A stretch of 64,000 nucleotides of DNA, taken from NCBI GenBank assembly GCA_038087875.1, contig CM075977.1, positions 111,352,001 through 111,416,000 of the forward strand, read 5' to 3'. A model generated the notes under the pieces. That model was not told where the DNA came from. It did not search any database and saw only the letters and a program-made list of their open reading frames with translations. The stretch is from Malacoraja senta. Its lineage: Eukaryota. Below, piece after piece: positions 26,186-40,400 of this stretch. Every line of letters starts with the position of its first letter. Positions within the stretch are counted from its first letter, which is position 1. The position numbers and the translations under genes were made by a program.

Positions 26186-28396
26186 CTGAAGAGAGAGTGA
26201 GAGAGGTCAAACAAGACTCTAGCAAAGAGAGTGAGAGAGTACTAATGGAGGCTGCTCATTTGTAGATGTGGTGATAATGTGTCGCTAAACAGCAGAATTA
26301 TTCTGAAGGAAGTGAGGGTAATGCGTGTGAGTGAAAGAATAAGAAAAGGGAGATTAAAAACCACATAGCAATCACGGCGACAGGAGTTAAGACGCGATTG
26401 TATAACGTTCCTCCTGTACTAACAATTGGCAACGTGCCATTTCAAACGGCTGCGAACTGAAGTGCTTGAAATAGGTGGTAAATCCTAGAGCGATGGGTTA
26501 ATATTGTAAATGTGCAGTATCATTGGTAAGACGCCAGTATTCACATTAGCACAGTAAACATCACAGTCACTGGTGTAACTGGATGAAGCAGGAACTGCGG
26601 AGAGAGAGATAGAACTAATATTTCAGGTCAGTGAAGGAACTCTATATTTCCAAATCTACTTTTTGCTGTTTTTCTGTTTTCAATTAACTCAGTGACTAGC
26701 GCTCCACGTCCCCTGGGGCCGGCTGGTGGTGGTGGTGGTGGTGGTGGTGGTGGTGGGGGGGGGGGGGTCCACACATATCCTACATCTACATATCCTAACA
26801 CAGGTCTACATACTGGAGCCGAGTGCATCTTCACCGTACTCCCTCGACACCATTCATATGTTTATTGTGCAAAACGCAAAGAGATGGAGTAAGGCGGTGG
26901 GTGAGGAAGCATCTGTGGAGGCAATGCACAGGAGATATTATGGTCGGGAGCCCTTGAGAACGATTGCATTGAGGAGAGAAAGCGGGTAGAGATTCGGGGC
27001 GGGGCAATGTGATTGTTGATTTCTCAATTTGCGTTAAGAATAACAAAGCTGCCCTCAGTTCTGCAGGTGGAATCTCATCCAGACCCCATATAATTATACA
27101 GTATTGAGACATTTTTATTGACGTACACAAATAATCTCTTAATACAAATTAACTAGCTAGAGCAGTTCTGGTCTCTTGTACATCGGCTCATCGGCCTTCA
27201 GTGGAACATACACACACTGCCAGATCGCTCCGATCATCTACGGTGCCCCAACTTCTCATAGTTAACAAATACTCTGCTTTTACGCCTTGTTCACCCATGT
27301 GGCATACTTCACATTTAATCTCATTATTAGTTTAATTTAGTTTAGTTTATTATCACGTGTACCTAGCTACAGTGAAAAGATTTTATGGCTGCCGCGTTCC
27401 ATCTGCCGCGTTCCCACCCACCATCTGGCCTGCCCACACCTACTGAACCTTCTTTACATCATCCTGCCCACCCAGAGTCTCACCTTCTCTATTGTCATCC
27501 GTCAGATTGCAGCTCCGTCATTTGAACATTCAGTCAAAACACTAATACATGTAGGGACTAAATGGGGCCGCTGCATTGCACGCTATGGTATCCCATTGGC
27601 CACAATTGGTCAACCTGCGAGAGATTCGTTTATTCCCAACTTGCTATCTCGTCCGAGAACCAATTTTCAATCACGGGCGCATGGTACCCTACGTCGGACT
27701 ACTCCGAATTGCAGATTGTTGACTAATCGCCCATGCGGGACTTGACCGAGATTCTTCTGAAAATCCAAACACCCCACATCAAATAGCCTTCATCAATTCT
27801 ACTCATCACATCTTGCATAAATCCACGCTGAACATAAAACATAGAAAACTGGAGCACATGAACCGGCCCTTCGGCCCACAGTGTCTGTACCACATATTAT
27901 GCCAAGCAATACTAATCTCGTCTGTCTGCACGCAGGATCCATACCATCCTATTCCCTGCATATCCATGTGCCTATCTAAAAGTCTCTTAAAAGCCACCAA
28001 TGGATCTGCTTTCACCACCACCACTGACAGCGCGTTCCAGGCACCCACCACTCCCTATGTAAAACAACTTGCCCCGCACACCTAATTTAAACGTTGCCTA
28101 TTTCGCCTGCAACCTAAGCCCTCTAGCCTTTGTCTTCTGTTCTGCTATTACATGTTTCATTATGAGGTTCAGTTTTCAAAGGCTGACGGAGATCTTTCTT
28201 AGCAATTTGCCGAGCAGACTACGTTAGTTTAACAAGTCCAGGTCAATGTAGTTACTGCAGCGTGTGGCAGCCGAGATCCCGCCCCCAGGTCCCTGATCTT
28301 CAACTTTACGATCCGAGAGGCGGGTTTTCTGTTCCTGTTCCCCTTCCTCCCTCTACTCCCTGCTGTGCACTGCAGAATGCGGCGATGGTTTCTTAC

Positions 28397-28777
28397 CGGG
28401 TGTGACCCGCAGCCGGAGCTCACGCTGGTACTGATGAATAAACGGAGGGTGTACAATATGAAGGTATTTTGCATCCGGTTTCCTGATCTGCACCAGACAC
28501 AGGTAGCCGTGACTGTCCTCCACACTCAGCTGCTTTATCCTGGTTGAGGCGTTTCCCAGCTTTGGGTCCCCGACCAGCTCGAACCGAGTTGCACCGTTCT
28601 CCGCCGCCCAGGATCCATCAGCTTGGTGTCTGAACGTGACGATGTGTTGGTAGGGATCCTTCCTCATCCATGTGACCGCGAGAGGGGCGTGCTTGAGCGG
28701 AGGCGGTGGGAACACACATGATAATGTAGCCGAAGCCCCCTCAGTCCCAGTCACCACTGAGACATTCCCGCCGGAAG
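28397..28777 (-). CDS. Gene B second V-set Ig exon (V2)
   Basis: ccttccctcag acceptor, g|gtaag donor, phase 1-1; ATLSC...VTWMRK...NASTRIKQL..ED..GYLC V-set motifs. Confidence 0.92.
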
Positions 28778-29079
28778 CTGAGGGAAGGACAGACACCGGA
28801 ATGTATCAGCGCTCTGTGGGTGAATTATTTTAACATTCTAGCAAGTCTCCACCATCTCCATGCATGTTTGTTCGTCTAATTCCAGTTCAGATTTAGGTGC
28901 CCTTAGAATAACCCCAACAAAGTCTAGATAATCCACATATAAACCATTTTTGGTAACAACGCTGAGCAATTCCTCGAATGTATACGGGACGGTTTTTTAA
29001 GCCAATATGTAGAAAAAAAGGACTGGTGGGCAGGTCATCCTAGACTGGGCATTGTGTTGTGCATCAATGACCACAATAT

Positions 29080-31290
29080 GATGGAATTCTGTATTAAGAT
29101 GGTGAGCGACACGGTTAATTCGCAGACTAGGGTCTCGAACTTAAAGAAAGCAGACTTTGATGGTATGAGACGGGGATTGGCTGGGATAGACTGGCAAATG
29201 ATACTTAAAGAGTGACGGTTGAGATGCTATGGCAAAGATTTGAAGATCACATAGATGAATTACATTTGTTCTTCCCAGCCTGGCGCAAAAATAAAACGGG
29301 GAAGGCGGTTCAACCGTGGCTATCGTGGCAAATTAAGGATAGTGTTAAATTTAAGGAAGAGGCATATAAATTGGCCAGAGGAAGCAGCAAAGCGGAGTAC
29401 TGTGAGATGTTTAGAATTTAACGGAGGAGGTCAAATGGGTTAATTAAGTTAGGGAAAATAGAGCACGAAAGAAAGCTTGCGAGGAATATAAAAACTGACT
29501 GTAAAAGCTTCATTACATATGTGAAGAGGAAAAGATTAGCGAAGACAAATGTTGGTCCCTTACAATCAGACAGATGACTTTATAATGGGAAATAAGGGAA
29601 TGGCAGAACAGTTAAACGAGTAGTTTGGTTTTGTCTTCGCTAAGGAAGATACAAACAATCTCCTAGAAATACTAGGGGACAGATGATCTAGTGGGAGGGA
29701 GGACTGAAGGGAATCCACATTAGTCAGGAAATTTCGTTACGTAAACTATTGGGACTGAAGGCAGATACATTCCCAGGGCCTGATGGTCTGCATCCCAGAG
29801 TACTCAAGGAGGTGGTCCAAGAAATCATGGATGCATTGGTGATGATTTTCCAATGTTCTCTCGACTCTGGATCAGTTCCTGTGCACTGGGGGGTTGCTAA
29901 TGTAACTCTACATTTTAAGAAAGGAGGGGGAGATAAACCAGGAAATTATAGGCAGCTAGCCTTACGTCGGTAGTGGGGAAGATGCTGGAGTCGATGATTA
30001 AAGGTATAATAGCAGCTCATTTGGAAAGCAGTGACAGGATCGGTCAAAGTCAGCATGGATGTATGAAGCGGAAATCATGCTTGAATAATTTTCAGGAATT
30101 TTTTGAGGATGTAACAAGTAGAATGGATAAGGAAAGCCAGTGGATGTGGTGTATCTGGACTTTCAAAAAGCCTTTGACAAGGTCGCACACAAGAGTTTAG
30201 TGTGCAAACTTAGAGCACATGTTATTGGGGGACAGGTATTGACATGGAGAGATAACTGGTTGGCAGGCTGGAAGCAAAGAGTAGGAATTAATTTGTCCTT
30301 TTCAGAATGCCAGACAGTGACCAGTGGGGTGCTGCAAGGCTCAGTGCTGGTACCCCAGTTATTTACAAAATATATTAACGATTTAGATCAGGGAATTAAA
30401 TGTAATGTCTCCAAGTTTGCGGATGATACAACGCTGGGTGGCAGAGTGAGCAGCGAGGAGGATGCTATGAGACTTGGATATGATGGGTGAGTGGGCAGAT
30501 GCATGGCAGATGCAGTAAAATGTGGACAAATGTGAGGTTGTCCACTTTGGTAGCGACAATAAGAAGGCAGATTATTCTCTGAATGGGATTAGGAAAACGT
30601 TAGGCGCAACGAGACCTGGGTGTGCTTGTACACCAGTCACTGTAAGTAAGCATGCTTGTACAACAGGGAGTGAAGAATGCTAGTTGGCCTTCATTGAGAA
30701 AGGATTTGAGTTTAGGAGCATAGATGTCCTACTGGAGTTGTACAGGGCCCTAGTGAGGCCACACCTGGGGTATTGTGTGCAGTTTTGGTCTCCTAATTTG
30801 AGGAAGAACATTCGTGCTATTGAAGAAGTGCTGTGCATGTTCACCAGGATAATTCTCGGGATGGCGGGACGGACACATGAGGAAAGAATGGGTCGATTGG
30901 GCTTGTATTCCCTGGAAATTAGGTTGAGAGATGTTGAGAAAGGATCTTATAGAAACGTTTAAAACATTCTTAAGGGATTGGACAGGCTAGATGCAGGAAA
31001 ATAAAATGTCCCGATGTTGGGGGAGTCCAGAACCAGGGGCCACAGTTTAAGATTAACGCTTACGCTATTTAGGACTGAAATGAGGAAAAACTATTTCACC
31101 CAGAGATTTGTTAATCTGTGGAATTCTCTGCACTGGACGTTTTCAGGAGAGTTAGATTTTGCTCTTAGGGCTAACGGAATGAAGGGATATGGGGAAAAAA
31201 GCAGGAACGGGGTACTGATTTTGGATGATCAGCCATGATCATATTGAATGGCAGAGCTGGCATGAAGGGCCGTATGGCTATGTTTCTTTC
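29080..31290 (+). mobile_element. Degenerate CR1 (HER1-like) LINE, RT region to 3' end, in gene B intron
   Basis: GPDGLHPRVLKE, DVVYLDFQKAFDKV, SGVLQGSVL, SKFADDT; 3' end gatcagccatgatcatattgaatgg. Confidence 0.9.
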
Positions 31291-31841
31291 TATGTTTCTT
31301 AAGTGAGCAGCTTCTTGTTTCTCAGCTCCAGCCATGAGGCCCCATTAGACTATCCCTGGATAGTGATATCTAAGACCACTGCAATGTGTACTCTGCTATC
31401 AAAAACATAATTCCCTCCTCCTCTGTTCCTCCCTCTCTATCCAACCATTAGCGCCTGTTTCATGGAGCGTCGAGCAGCTAGTTCTGTCCCTCCCGTAGTC
31501 ACTTTTCTATAATGTCTATAACATCCATTATTCAAGGGCGGCACCGTGGTGCATCCGTAGAGTTGCTGTATCACAGCGCCAGGGACCCGGGTTCGGTCCT
31601 GACTAGGGGGTGCTGTCTGTATGGAGATTTTTAAATTATCCCGTGACCTCGTTGGGTTTCCCGTGTGCTCCTGTTACCTCGCATTGTGCAGCGGGATTCA
31701 CTGGAAAGGGAGTAAGAGCAAAAACCCGGCGCCTCACACCGAGACGTGCTTGCTCAACATTTATTGATCATCAGCGCGCCAGGGAAGCGTTTGACCCGTG
31801 CGATCTGGGCACAGCTACAGCATTTAAGCATTGTTTCTTAC

Positions 31842-32201
31842 ATATCACAGTCAGGCGTGTTGGGACCACAGTGTGAAATGGTCCAATATTGAGGTTCACT
31901 TGGCACCGAAACCTAGCACCATCGTCCTCCCGGCACAGTCGCTCCACCATTATCGAGACATTCCTCTGTCTGAGGTTCCCTGCGAATCTGAACCGACTCC
32001 CTCCGGCCTCCTGTGTCACTTCATCGCACCGTGAGTAGCCGGGACCGGGATATGTACAGTTAAAAACAACGCTCTCAGCCCCGGATTTTCTCTTGTGCCA
32101 CAGCACGGAGCCGGTGAGGATGTGATCAGTGGGTGGGTGGGTGAATGTACACGGCAACACAGCGGAGGCCCCTTCCACTGCAGACACAGCTATTGTCCAA
32201 C
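31842..32201 (-). CDS. Gene B first V-set Ig exon (V1), Siglec-15-like; 5' boundary lost in gap
   Basis: WTIAVSAVEGASAVLPCTFTHP...VFNC...SRC...RFRFAGN...VERL..EDD..RFRCQVNL; t|gtaag donor, phase 1. Confidence 0.9.
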
Positions 32202-33572
32202 NNNNNNNNNNNNNNNNNNNNNNNNNNNNNNNNNNNNNNNNNNNNNNNNNNNNNNNNNNNNNNNNNNNNNNNNNNNNNNNNNNNNNNNNNNNNNNNNNNN
32301 NNNNNNNNNNNNNNNNNNNNNNNNNNNNNNNNNNNNNNNNNNNNNNNNNNNNNNNNNNNNNNNNNNNNNNNNNNNNNNNNNNNNNNNNNNNAGAGAGAGA
32401 TGAGTCAATGTTAGAACAACTGGGGAACATATCTGCTGTTTCAGAGCTGCACTGCCTGGTGTGTAGTCACAAGTGCTACCGTGTGCGATGTCCGTGTGCG
32501 TGACTTCTACAGTAACATAGGGGAGTGGTTTCCAGACCGGGAGATATTGGGGGTGGCGGGAGTGGTATTTGCAGATGGGGGTAGTGGGGGGGGGGGGCGG
32601 TGGATGTGTGGTATTTTCGGATGGGTTGGGAGGGGCGAGGGGGGCGGGGATGGGAGGGCGGGGGTGGGGGTGCCAACAGCAATGAATAACCAGAAGACAG
32701 CCACTGAGGTCCAATTCTGGGGCAGGGGATGGGCTGTCTATAATTCGTGTCTGAATCTTGGGTCGGTTGTCTATATATAAATACCATTGTATTTTTTTCT
32801 GGATGAACAGCGATATTTGAACATTGTGTAACTCGGATTTGGTACAAAGGCGTTTCTGGAACTCAGTCCGTGTGACAGTATGGTTACAGCAGGAAAATGG
32901 GACATTCGGCCCCTTCCTCTATGAAAGAGCAATATTATCAAACCTATTCACCTGGACCAATAGACCCGCAAATGCCTTCGTTTCTGAGGCATTCCTCATT
33001 CCCTTAAAACGCTGCAGTTTTATCACTCACGCTTTCCTCCCCCATCCCCACTTCCATCCGGCCCTATGTTGCAGACCAGTGAGGAACATTGTTTCTTCGA
33101 ACCTACTTGACCAATCGCATTCCATCTGTAACTTCTTCTTGTTCCTTTCACCGACGGGAACAGCCTCACTCTGTTTTACACCCTTCATAATTTTACATAC
33201 CCCAATCGGGTCTCCTTGCAATCTCCACTTGCTCCGCTAATAAATAAGACTGTGATCTCCTCTGCTCTTAATTCCAACTCCCCATTTTCGCTTGCATCGA
33301 ACAACATTCCACCCACTTACCCGTCAAGTGTCCCACTCTGGGTTGGAAAGGATTGGTCCGTGTGCAATTGTATCCACCTACTCTGCCGCCGGTTGACCCG
33401 CACGGAAGGAGTGAAGAGAATCATCAAGACCTCATCCACTCCCTGGCAAGGGCACTCAGTGACGGTCAAGATCAGTATATTTCCCACCGCCGACTGACTT
33501 CGGTGGGAGCTAAAGTACAGACAGCTGGAGCACTGGCAGCATCCGATGAGACAAGGAAGGGAAAACACCTAC

Positions 33573-33633
33573 TGTAACCCAGGACTGACACCGAGAGCAG
33601 GACCGAGCAGAGACAGACCCGGAGAGAGCGCAT
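33573..33633 (-). CDS. Gene B signal-peptide exon (MRSLRVCLCSVLLSVSVLGY)
   Basis: 61 nt, phase-1 donor gtaggt; paralogous to 43836-43896 including the 5' UTR actgaagtgttggcgATG. Confidence 0.88.
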
Positions 33634-33709
33634 CGCCAACACTTCAGTGTGGTGTCCACCTCACCGACTGCTGTTTAAGTGCTGGCACTGAAATACAGAA
33701 GTAGCTTAA

Positions 33710-33731
33710 ACTTCCTCTATATTTCCCGTAA
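33710..33731. promoter_or_regulatory. Putative PU.1/ETS site (AGAGGAAGT, minus strand) next to a GAS/STAT site (TTCCCGTAA) upstream of gene B
   Basis: Exact motif matches ~80-100 nt upstream of the ATG; function is inferred. Confidence 0.4.
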
Positions 33732-35990
33732 AGCCACGGGGACTGTTGAAACTATAGCTGGCGGTAAGTGATTTCACACTGACCAAGCACAGACTGGGGG
33801 ATCATTTTGCTGCATACCTTCACAGTGTGCCTTAGCCTACCTGATCTCACTGTTGCTGAACAATGTAATTCCTCCCATTCGCATACTGACCTTTCTGTCC
33901 CGCCCCCCCCCCCCACTGTCATGGTGAGACTAAACGCAGATTGGAGAAACAGCACCTCATATTAAGCTTGGGCATCTTACACCCCAGAGGTATGAATATT
34001 GCTTTCCCTAAATTCAAGTACTCTTTTAGGACCCAGTGGAGAACGACTGGAAAGCTCATAAGAAAGGGGAACGTTGATTCTGAGGCGAAGGTTACGTGTA
34101 ATATTAAAAGAAAGTGCACTTTTTTTCTGTGGCTATATAAATAAGAGAAGGGTCGTAAGGGACGTGTACGCCTCTACAGAATAGGCCTGGTGATTAAATA
34201 ACAGGAAACAGAGAAAAGGACGTGTGGTGAATAATCTTCTACACCAATGTTCCCGTGGGCAGCACTACACATAAAATAACAAATGTACTCATTTTATATA
34301 ACACGCTGGACGGTGTAACTTGTCTTCTGTTCCCATTTTCTTGAGTTGTTGCGATGTTGTGAAAAAAGGTCAGGAGCTGTTGAAATTGTTAACTTGCAGC
34401 AATTAACTTCAGGCAGATCAAGGTCAGATTCATGGGTATATATATTGCTGAAGGGAGGGCCCGTCAAAAACAAAGATGGACTCGGCCAAGGAGGTGGGGG
34501 GAGGGGGGGGGGCGGCGGGGCGCCGAGAACAAAGAGAGTTCACTGTATCTAAACTAGGTCCTTGTGACAATAAAGTATCATTACATTATTGGATTAGAAG
34601 TAACTGAACTTCAATTGATGGTGAAACTGTGTGCATTGGAAAGTGATTCAAACACTTGAGACATCCCAGTCGAACCGGTCTTTTTCTCTCAGCCACCAAC
34701 ACCGCACTATCACGTTGCTGATTTTAAGAGGTCGTTGTGCAGAAAGTTGCGCTGTCAACGTTATAAGAATAACAGTACTAATCAGTCAGTAAAAACAGTC
34801 AGTACTATGGGAGTCAGTGTCTACTGCAAACCTACTGACTCCCATAGCTATCTGGACCACACTTCTTCCCACCCTGCTGCCTATAAAGACTCTATCCCCT
34901 AATCCCACTCCCCCCTATAAGTCACATATGCGTCCAGGATGATGTTTTCCAAACTGGATCATCGGAGATGTCCTAACTCATTAGGAAACGGGGGTTCCCC
35001 TCTTCTCACAAGCGCCTCCTCGAAACCCCGCAGCTCCGCCCTTGCTCTCCCTCCCTCTATTCGCAACCAGGACAGAGTCCCCCTTGTCCTCACCTTCCAC
35101 CCCATCAGCCGTCGATTACAGCATATAATCCTCTGTCATTAGCGCCACCTCCAACAGGATCCCACTACTGGCCACATCTTTCCATCTTACTGTCTCCGAC
35201 TGCATTCTATTTCTGCCCCTCCCACTCCCCTGACATCAGTCTGAAGACGGGTCTCTACCCGAAACGTCACCCATTCCTTATCTTCAGAGAGGCTGCCTGT
35301 TCCGCTGAGTTACTCCAGCATGTTGTGACTTCCTTCGATTTAAACCATAATCTGCAGTTCTTTCCGACATAATATTATCTGCGGGCTGTGAATGGAGATG
35401 CCAGAAGAATACTAGAGATGAACACTAAATGTGGGGGGAATTCAGCGGGCCAGGCAGGATCATCGGAAGCTAATAACCCTTTCAGGTCGAGACCATTCTT
35501 CAGCTGCAAAAGGTCCGGACGTGCAGGGACCGTCTCAGGGCAGCACAGTGACGCAGCGGTAGAGTTCCTGGCTCACAGCGTCAGAGACCCAGGTTTGATT
35601 CTGGCCAATGGTGTTGTCCGTGCGGAATTTGTACGTTTTTTCTGTGAACGCGTGGTTTTTCTCCGGGTGCTCCGGTATCCTCTGCACTCCAGCGACGTAC
35701 AGATTTGTGGGCTAATTAGCTTCGGTAAAAATGTTAATTGGCCCTTATGTGCTAGTGTACTCGGTGCAGAATCGATGGGCCGAAGGGCCTGTTCCCGCGA
35801 TGTATCTCTAATATCTAGTCTCTTATCCATCTTCCTCCACAACGTTTCAGAGGGTCGACCGGCCGTGTTTCTCCTGCACGCTGTTTTTCCCCCTTCAATA
35901 TTCAACCATTTGTAGTCCCATGTATCGCCAAAGGTGGTGCTATTACATAATTACCGCGGCTCATATTAATAGCTCTTGTTGCGGCACCAG

Positions 35991-36160
35991 GCAGCGTCGA
36001 GACTGGCTCATCGCAGGAGGCTGAGCCCAGTGTTCCGGCCACAATGCGCAGCCACCCGCCCTGCCCGCATTGAAATTCAAGCTGTATTGGCAAATTCTCT
36101 GAAATATATTTATGTCATCGCTATTAATATCCCGACTCGCTTTCATTTCTGTTTTCCCAT
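35991..36160 (+). pseudogene. Orphan terminal-exon paralog E
   Basis: 35950-36160 is homologous to gene A 840-1070 (caccag|gcagcgtcgagactgg; attaatatcccgactcgc); no TM exon found upstream. Confidence 0.6.
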
Positions 36161-37431
36161 ATTACATAACAGTTTGCGACATTTTCCCGGAAACCTAGTC
36201 ATTTCCCAGGACCTGGACTCCTGTAAGTTTAATGTGGATGAGAGATCCGAGTCCTGTGATGGGTTTAAATGGTGGGTGGGATCCTCGGACGTCCGTGAAC
36301 ATCAAGGATGGGCGTCAACGGGAGCCGCGGTCTGGGAAAGGTAGTCAGGGAACCCGGGCCCATTAATTGCCCTCAGAAAGTAGCTTCTGGCCCCGTCTGT
36401 CACAATGAGGAGCAGAAACCGGTCAGATGTGTCACAATGAGAGAAAGAACCGGCACCGGAAATTTACAGAGAGAGCATGCGCGGTCCCGGTGTGTTGCGG
36501 GGTACTCAGGTAGCGCGTGCCTCAGAGAGTTGAAAGGGACCGCGGAAAAAATGTTCCCGGGCTGATTCAAAGGAACAGGATACATGGAAACAAATCGAGG
36601 TGACGGTTACCTGGGAGTGAGATGCAGCCTGAAATAAACTGATTGGGATTATTCCTTAAATCTTTTCACTGTACCTCGAAACACGTAACAACAATAATAA
36701 ACTAAATGAATGTATAATTAATGTGAATGGGTGGTTGATGGAAAGCGCTATATAAATAAAATGTATTATTATTATTTTTATTATGGTTGGTTCAAACTCG
36801 AAGAGCAGGATGTCGTTTTTGGGTGCCCTATTTCTCTTTTAGTGTTGCTCCATCGCCCTGTCATATGTCTGCACCCCTTCAGCCATTCATTTGCCCGCTT
36901 CCCCAACGTGTTTGAATCGCATTGAAACATCTACTGAGCCGCTGATTTAACAATTGGTTCCCTCATCATTGATGCAGATTGTGACACAAGCAAAGATTTC
37001 TCTGTTACTTCACATATCACCACAGATAACTGTTTTCTCTTCGCTCTGTCATATCCGTCTCACACTGCTTGAGTTTGGTAGAAAGTGAAGACTTTTGGAT
37101 AATTCACTAAAGTGTTCACTAAAGTGCTCACTATATTACAATTGGGATGGCGTGAAGGCAGTCTTTGGTGTTGTTCTTTTACGTTCTACGAATTAGTTTG
37201 CTCGCTGTTCTTCCTCTTGTTATCACTGGGACATTAATGTTAGTTTTGTAATTTAGCACCTCCTGAACTTTCTGCAGCAAATGTAGAAAGCAACTTCTGC
37301 ATTTCAGGGTCTGGAAATATACTGCCCTGAGAAATGAGGTCACAGCACTATGGTGCTGGTGAACAAGTGCCTGTGGGGTTGTCATTGCAGGGTCCTGCTG
37401 TCGCTCCAATTGCAGGGTGACAATGGGTGAT

Positions 37432-40400
37432 TAGTAAGATTAAACGAGAACTTACCAGTTTGAAGTTTGATCTTTATTTTGTGAGGAGTTACGTTGGTGA
37501 TTACGTAAAGAAGACCCGTCAGGGCGCCTACGCGTCAATCTTCAAAGCAGCGGTGTGAAATCACAACCAACAAGAACGAGTAATATAGTAACCTAATAAA
37601 ACGAGTAAATTAATAACTTCCATCTGACCTTTATGATAGAGGGTTGAGTGTGGTGGGCACATAATCACCAACGTAACTCCTCATAAAATAAAGGTCAAAC
37701 TGCAAGCTGGTAAGTTCTCGTTTAATCTTACTATTTTACTTCGTAGTCACGTGCGTGACTACGTGAAGATTTTAAAGCTTTGTGATTTCATGCCGCAGAT
37801 ACAAATCCCGGCTTCTCACTGCATTGATTGACTCGGAACGAGAAATCATCAATAATGCATTAATAATAACATTTGTACAACAAATGCAGTAATTCATGTA
37901 TTTTAATAATGAATTTAATAGGATCCCCTTTAAACCAGAGGAATTTATTCAGAGCTTAAATTAGTTTCTGCAAACAGTCCCGCATTAACAATAGGCCGAT
38001 GGTAAAACTGTGGAAACGTCAACTCATTGGACAACCCGGCGGCTGCGAGAATATGGTCGACGGGGACGTCCTTCGCCCTGGCCTCCGACGTTGCTGCTGC
38101 CCAAGACGATTGGGACGTAAAACATCAGTGTTAATACCTGCAGCTATCAAGACTTGTTTTAGCCATCTTGAGAATGCTGGAGAAACTCAGCGGGTGCAGC
38201 AGCATCTATGGAGCGAAGGAAATAGGTAACGTTTCGGGCCGAAACCCTTCGGTTTCTCTTGTGTGGTAAACAATCCAGTTTCCATATTTCGTAAGATCTT
38301 TGTAACCTCAATGTATTGTAACAAATATGCCTTAATACAGAGACATGGCTCCGTTGGATATGCTGACAAAACAATTCTGAATCCTGTCACACCTGGCCTA
38401 CTTTATTTCAGTAGGTCATGAATGTAAAACATAACATTACCTTCAGCTACTTCCATCCTGTCTATTTGCCATTTTTTGCAATGTCTGCCCTCGCTGTGCT
38501 GTTACTAATGCCATTAACATGACCACTTTCATACTGAGTTTGTCCAAAGGCATAGACATACCAGGGGACCATTCACGAAGTAGCTTAAGAACCACACTTA
38601 CATCCCAGATTGCCATGTACCTAGGCTTAGGAGGTCTGGAATTAAAAATGTCTTTCATTAATCTGGAAACAAGTGGATGAGACCCAATAGGATTTCCTTC
38701 TGACTCCACAAATAAATATGAGGACAATGCACTCCTGGCTGAATTAATTGCTCTATAACCCAACCCTTCATCGTAGTAAAGTGTTGACAAAAACTCTAAA
38801 ACATTTGAGATATCTGCCGTACAATATTCAACATTCTTTTGTACACATAACTTTTCCTATTTCTTAATATAAGAAAGGTACTGCTTTTGAGTGCTCTTCC
38901 TCCAGGCTGCCGTAAGCATGTCCACAGTACACACAGACAGTCCTCGCCCGAGAAAAGACCTTCTTAAAACCTGCAAATTAACAAATCCAAACGTTCATAT
39001 AATGGATGTTGTTCTCCTGTTACCGGATGCAGTAGTAAATCCCTTCTTTTTGGGACTTTCATCAAAGGCTGTGTCGTCAATTCTAATATTAACGGAAACC
39101 ATGGCTGTGTAGGCCACGCTGGTACCACCAATACCCCTGAAGCAGTATCTTGCCTGATTTTAAGCAAACACCGTCTTATGAGGCAGAAAGTTGGAAATGC
39201 ATACAAAGACATACCACCCCAATGTAGCGAGAAAGCATCAATCGCTACTGCACCTGGATCTGGTTCCCATGACACATATCTCGATAATTGATGATTTAAT
39301 CTAGATGCAAATAAGTCGATATCTGGCATTCCAAATCTGATTACTATGTCATTGAATACCTCACGATTCAACATCCATTCTTTGTTATCATGGAATTTTC
39401 TTGACCTGGTGTCTGCTATAATATTCAATCTACCTGGTAGATAAATAGGTGAAATCCAAATATTATTTTCAATACACCAAGACCAGATTTGATTAGCCAA
39501 TTTGTCACATGACACCGACTTGATTCCACCCATATGATTAATATATGCAACTGCTGTTGTGTTATCAATTTGAAACTGAACATGCAGGTTAGTCGTGTTA
39601 GAGCAATAAGCTTGCAGTCCATAGAAACCTCCTAAAAGCTCCAAATAGTTAATTCCCCATGTCTGCAGTAACAATGACTCTTCCTGATTCCATCTGCCTC
39701 TGCAGTTGGATACCAAATCAGTTGCACCCCATCCTAGTGCACTGACATCAGTTTGTAATATCATGGAAGGCTGTTCAATCAGTACATTACTGAAACTGCT
39801 TGAGACATGTAGAATCCACCAATGCAAATCAGAAACAGCATTTGTTATTAAAATATCTATCAAAATGGCCACCATGCGTTCTCAGTGCCTGTTCTTTTGC
39901 TCTCTGTAACTGCTGGTAATGTAATGGCCCATATTGTACTGCTGGGAAAGCTGCTACTAATTTCCCCAGCACTCTAGCCACATATCTAATTGAAGGTTTT
40001 TGCTCATTTAACAGCTTAATACAATCCTCAATCAACTCCACCCTTTTTTCACTGGGCAAAGTAATTTCTATGTGAACTGAATCAATTGTGAAACCCAAAT
40101 AATCAACTGATGTATGTGGTGTTAACCTTGATTTCTTTGGATGAATTAGAAACCCCAAACTTTCAAAAGTGGATTTAACAACTGAAACAGATAATTCTGT
40201 TGACTCTTTTGTTCGTCCTATAATCAGGACATCATCCAAGTACGCCATTACCATATGCCCCTGGCTTCTCAACAGTCCCATAAATGGTTTTAACAATTTA
40301 GTGAATATTCTGGGAGCTGAAGTTAACCCATTAGGCAGAGCTTTAAACTGCCATAACTGGTTCATCCAGGTAGTTGCCGTATAACATGCTTTTGAAATAA

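Noticed and set aside
26628-26989. Poly-Pro/Gly/Val ORFs
   Set aside because: Produced by a (GGT)n plus poly-G tract in an intron; no coding support
31867-31873. RSS heptamer CACAGTG near the 3' end of B V1
   Set aside because: No nonamer at 12 or 23 spacing, not conserved in C V1, and G strands are germline-complete, so no evidence of V(D)J-type rearrangement
32520-32700. Pro-rich mucin-like ORF and G-quadruplex-like tract in B intron 1
   Set aside because: Low complexity, no convincing splice sites, no counterpart in gene C
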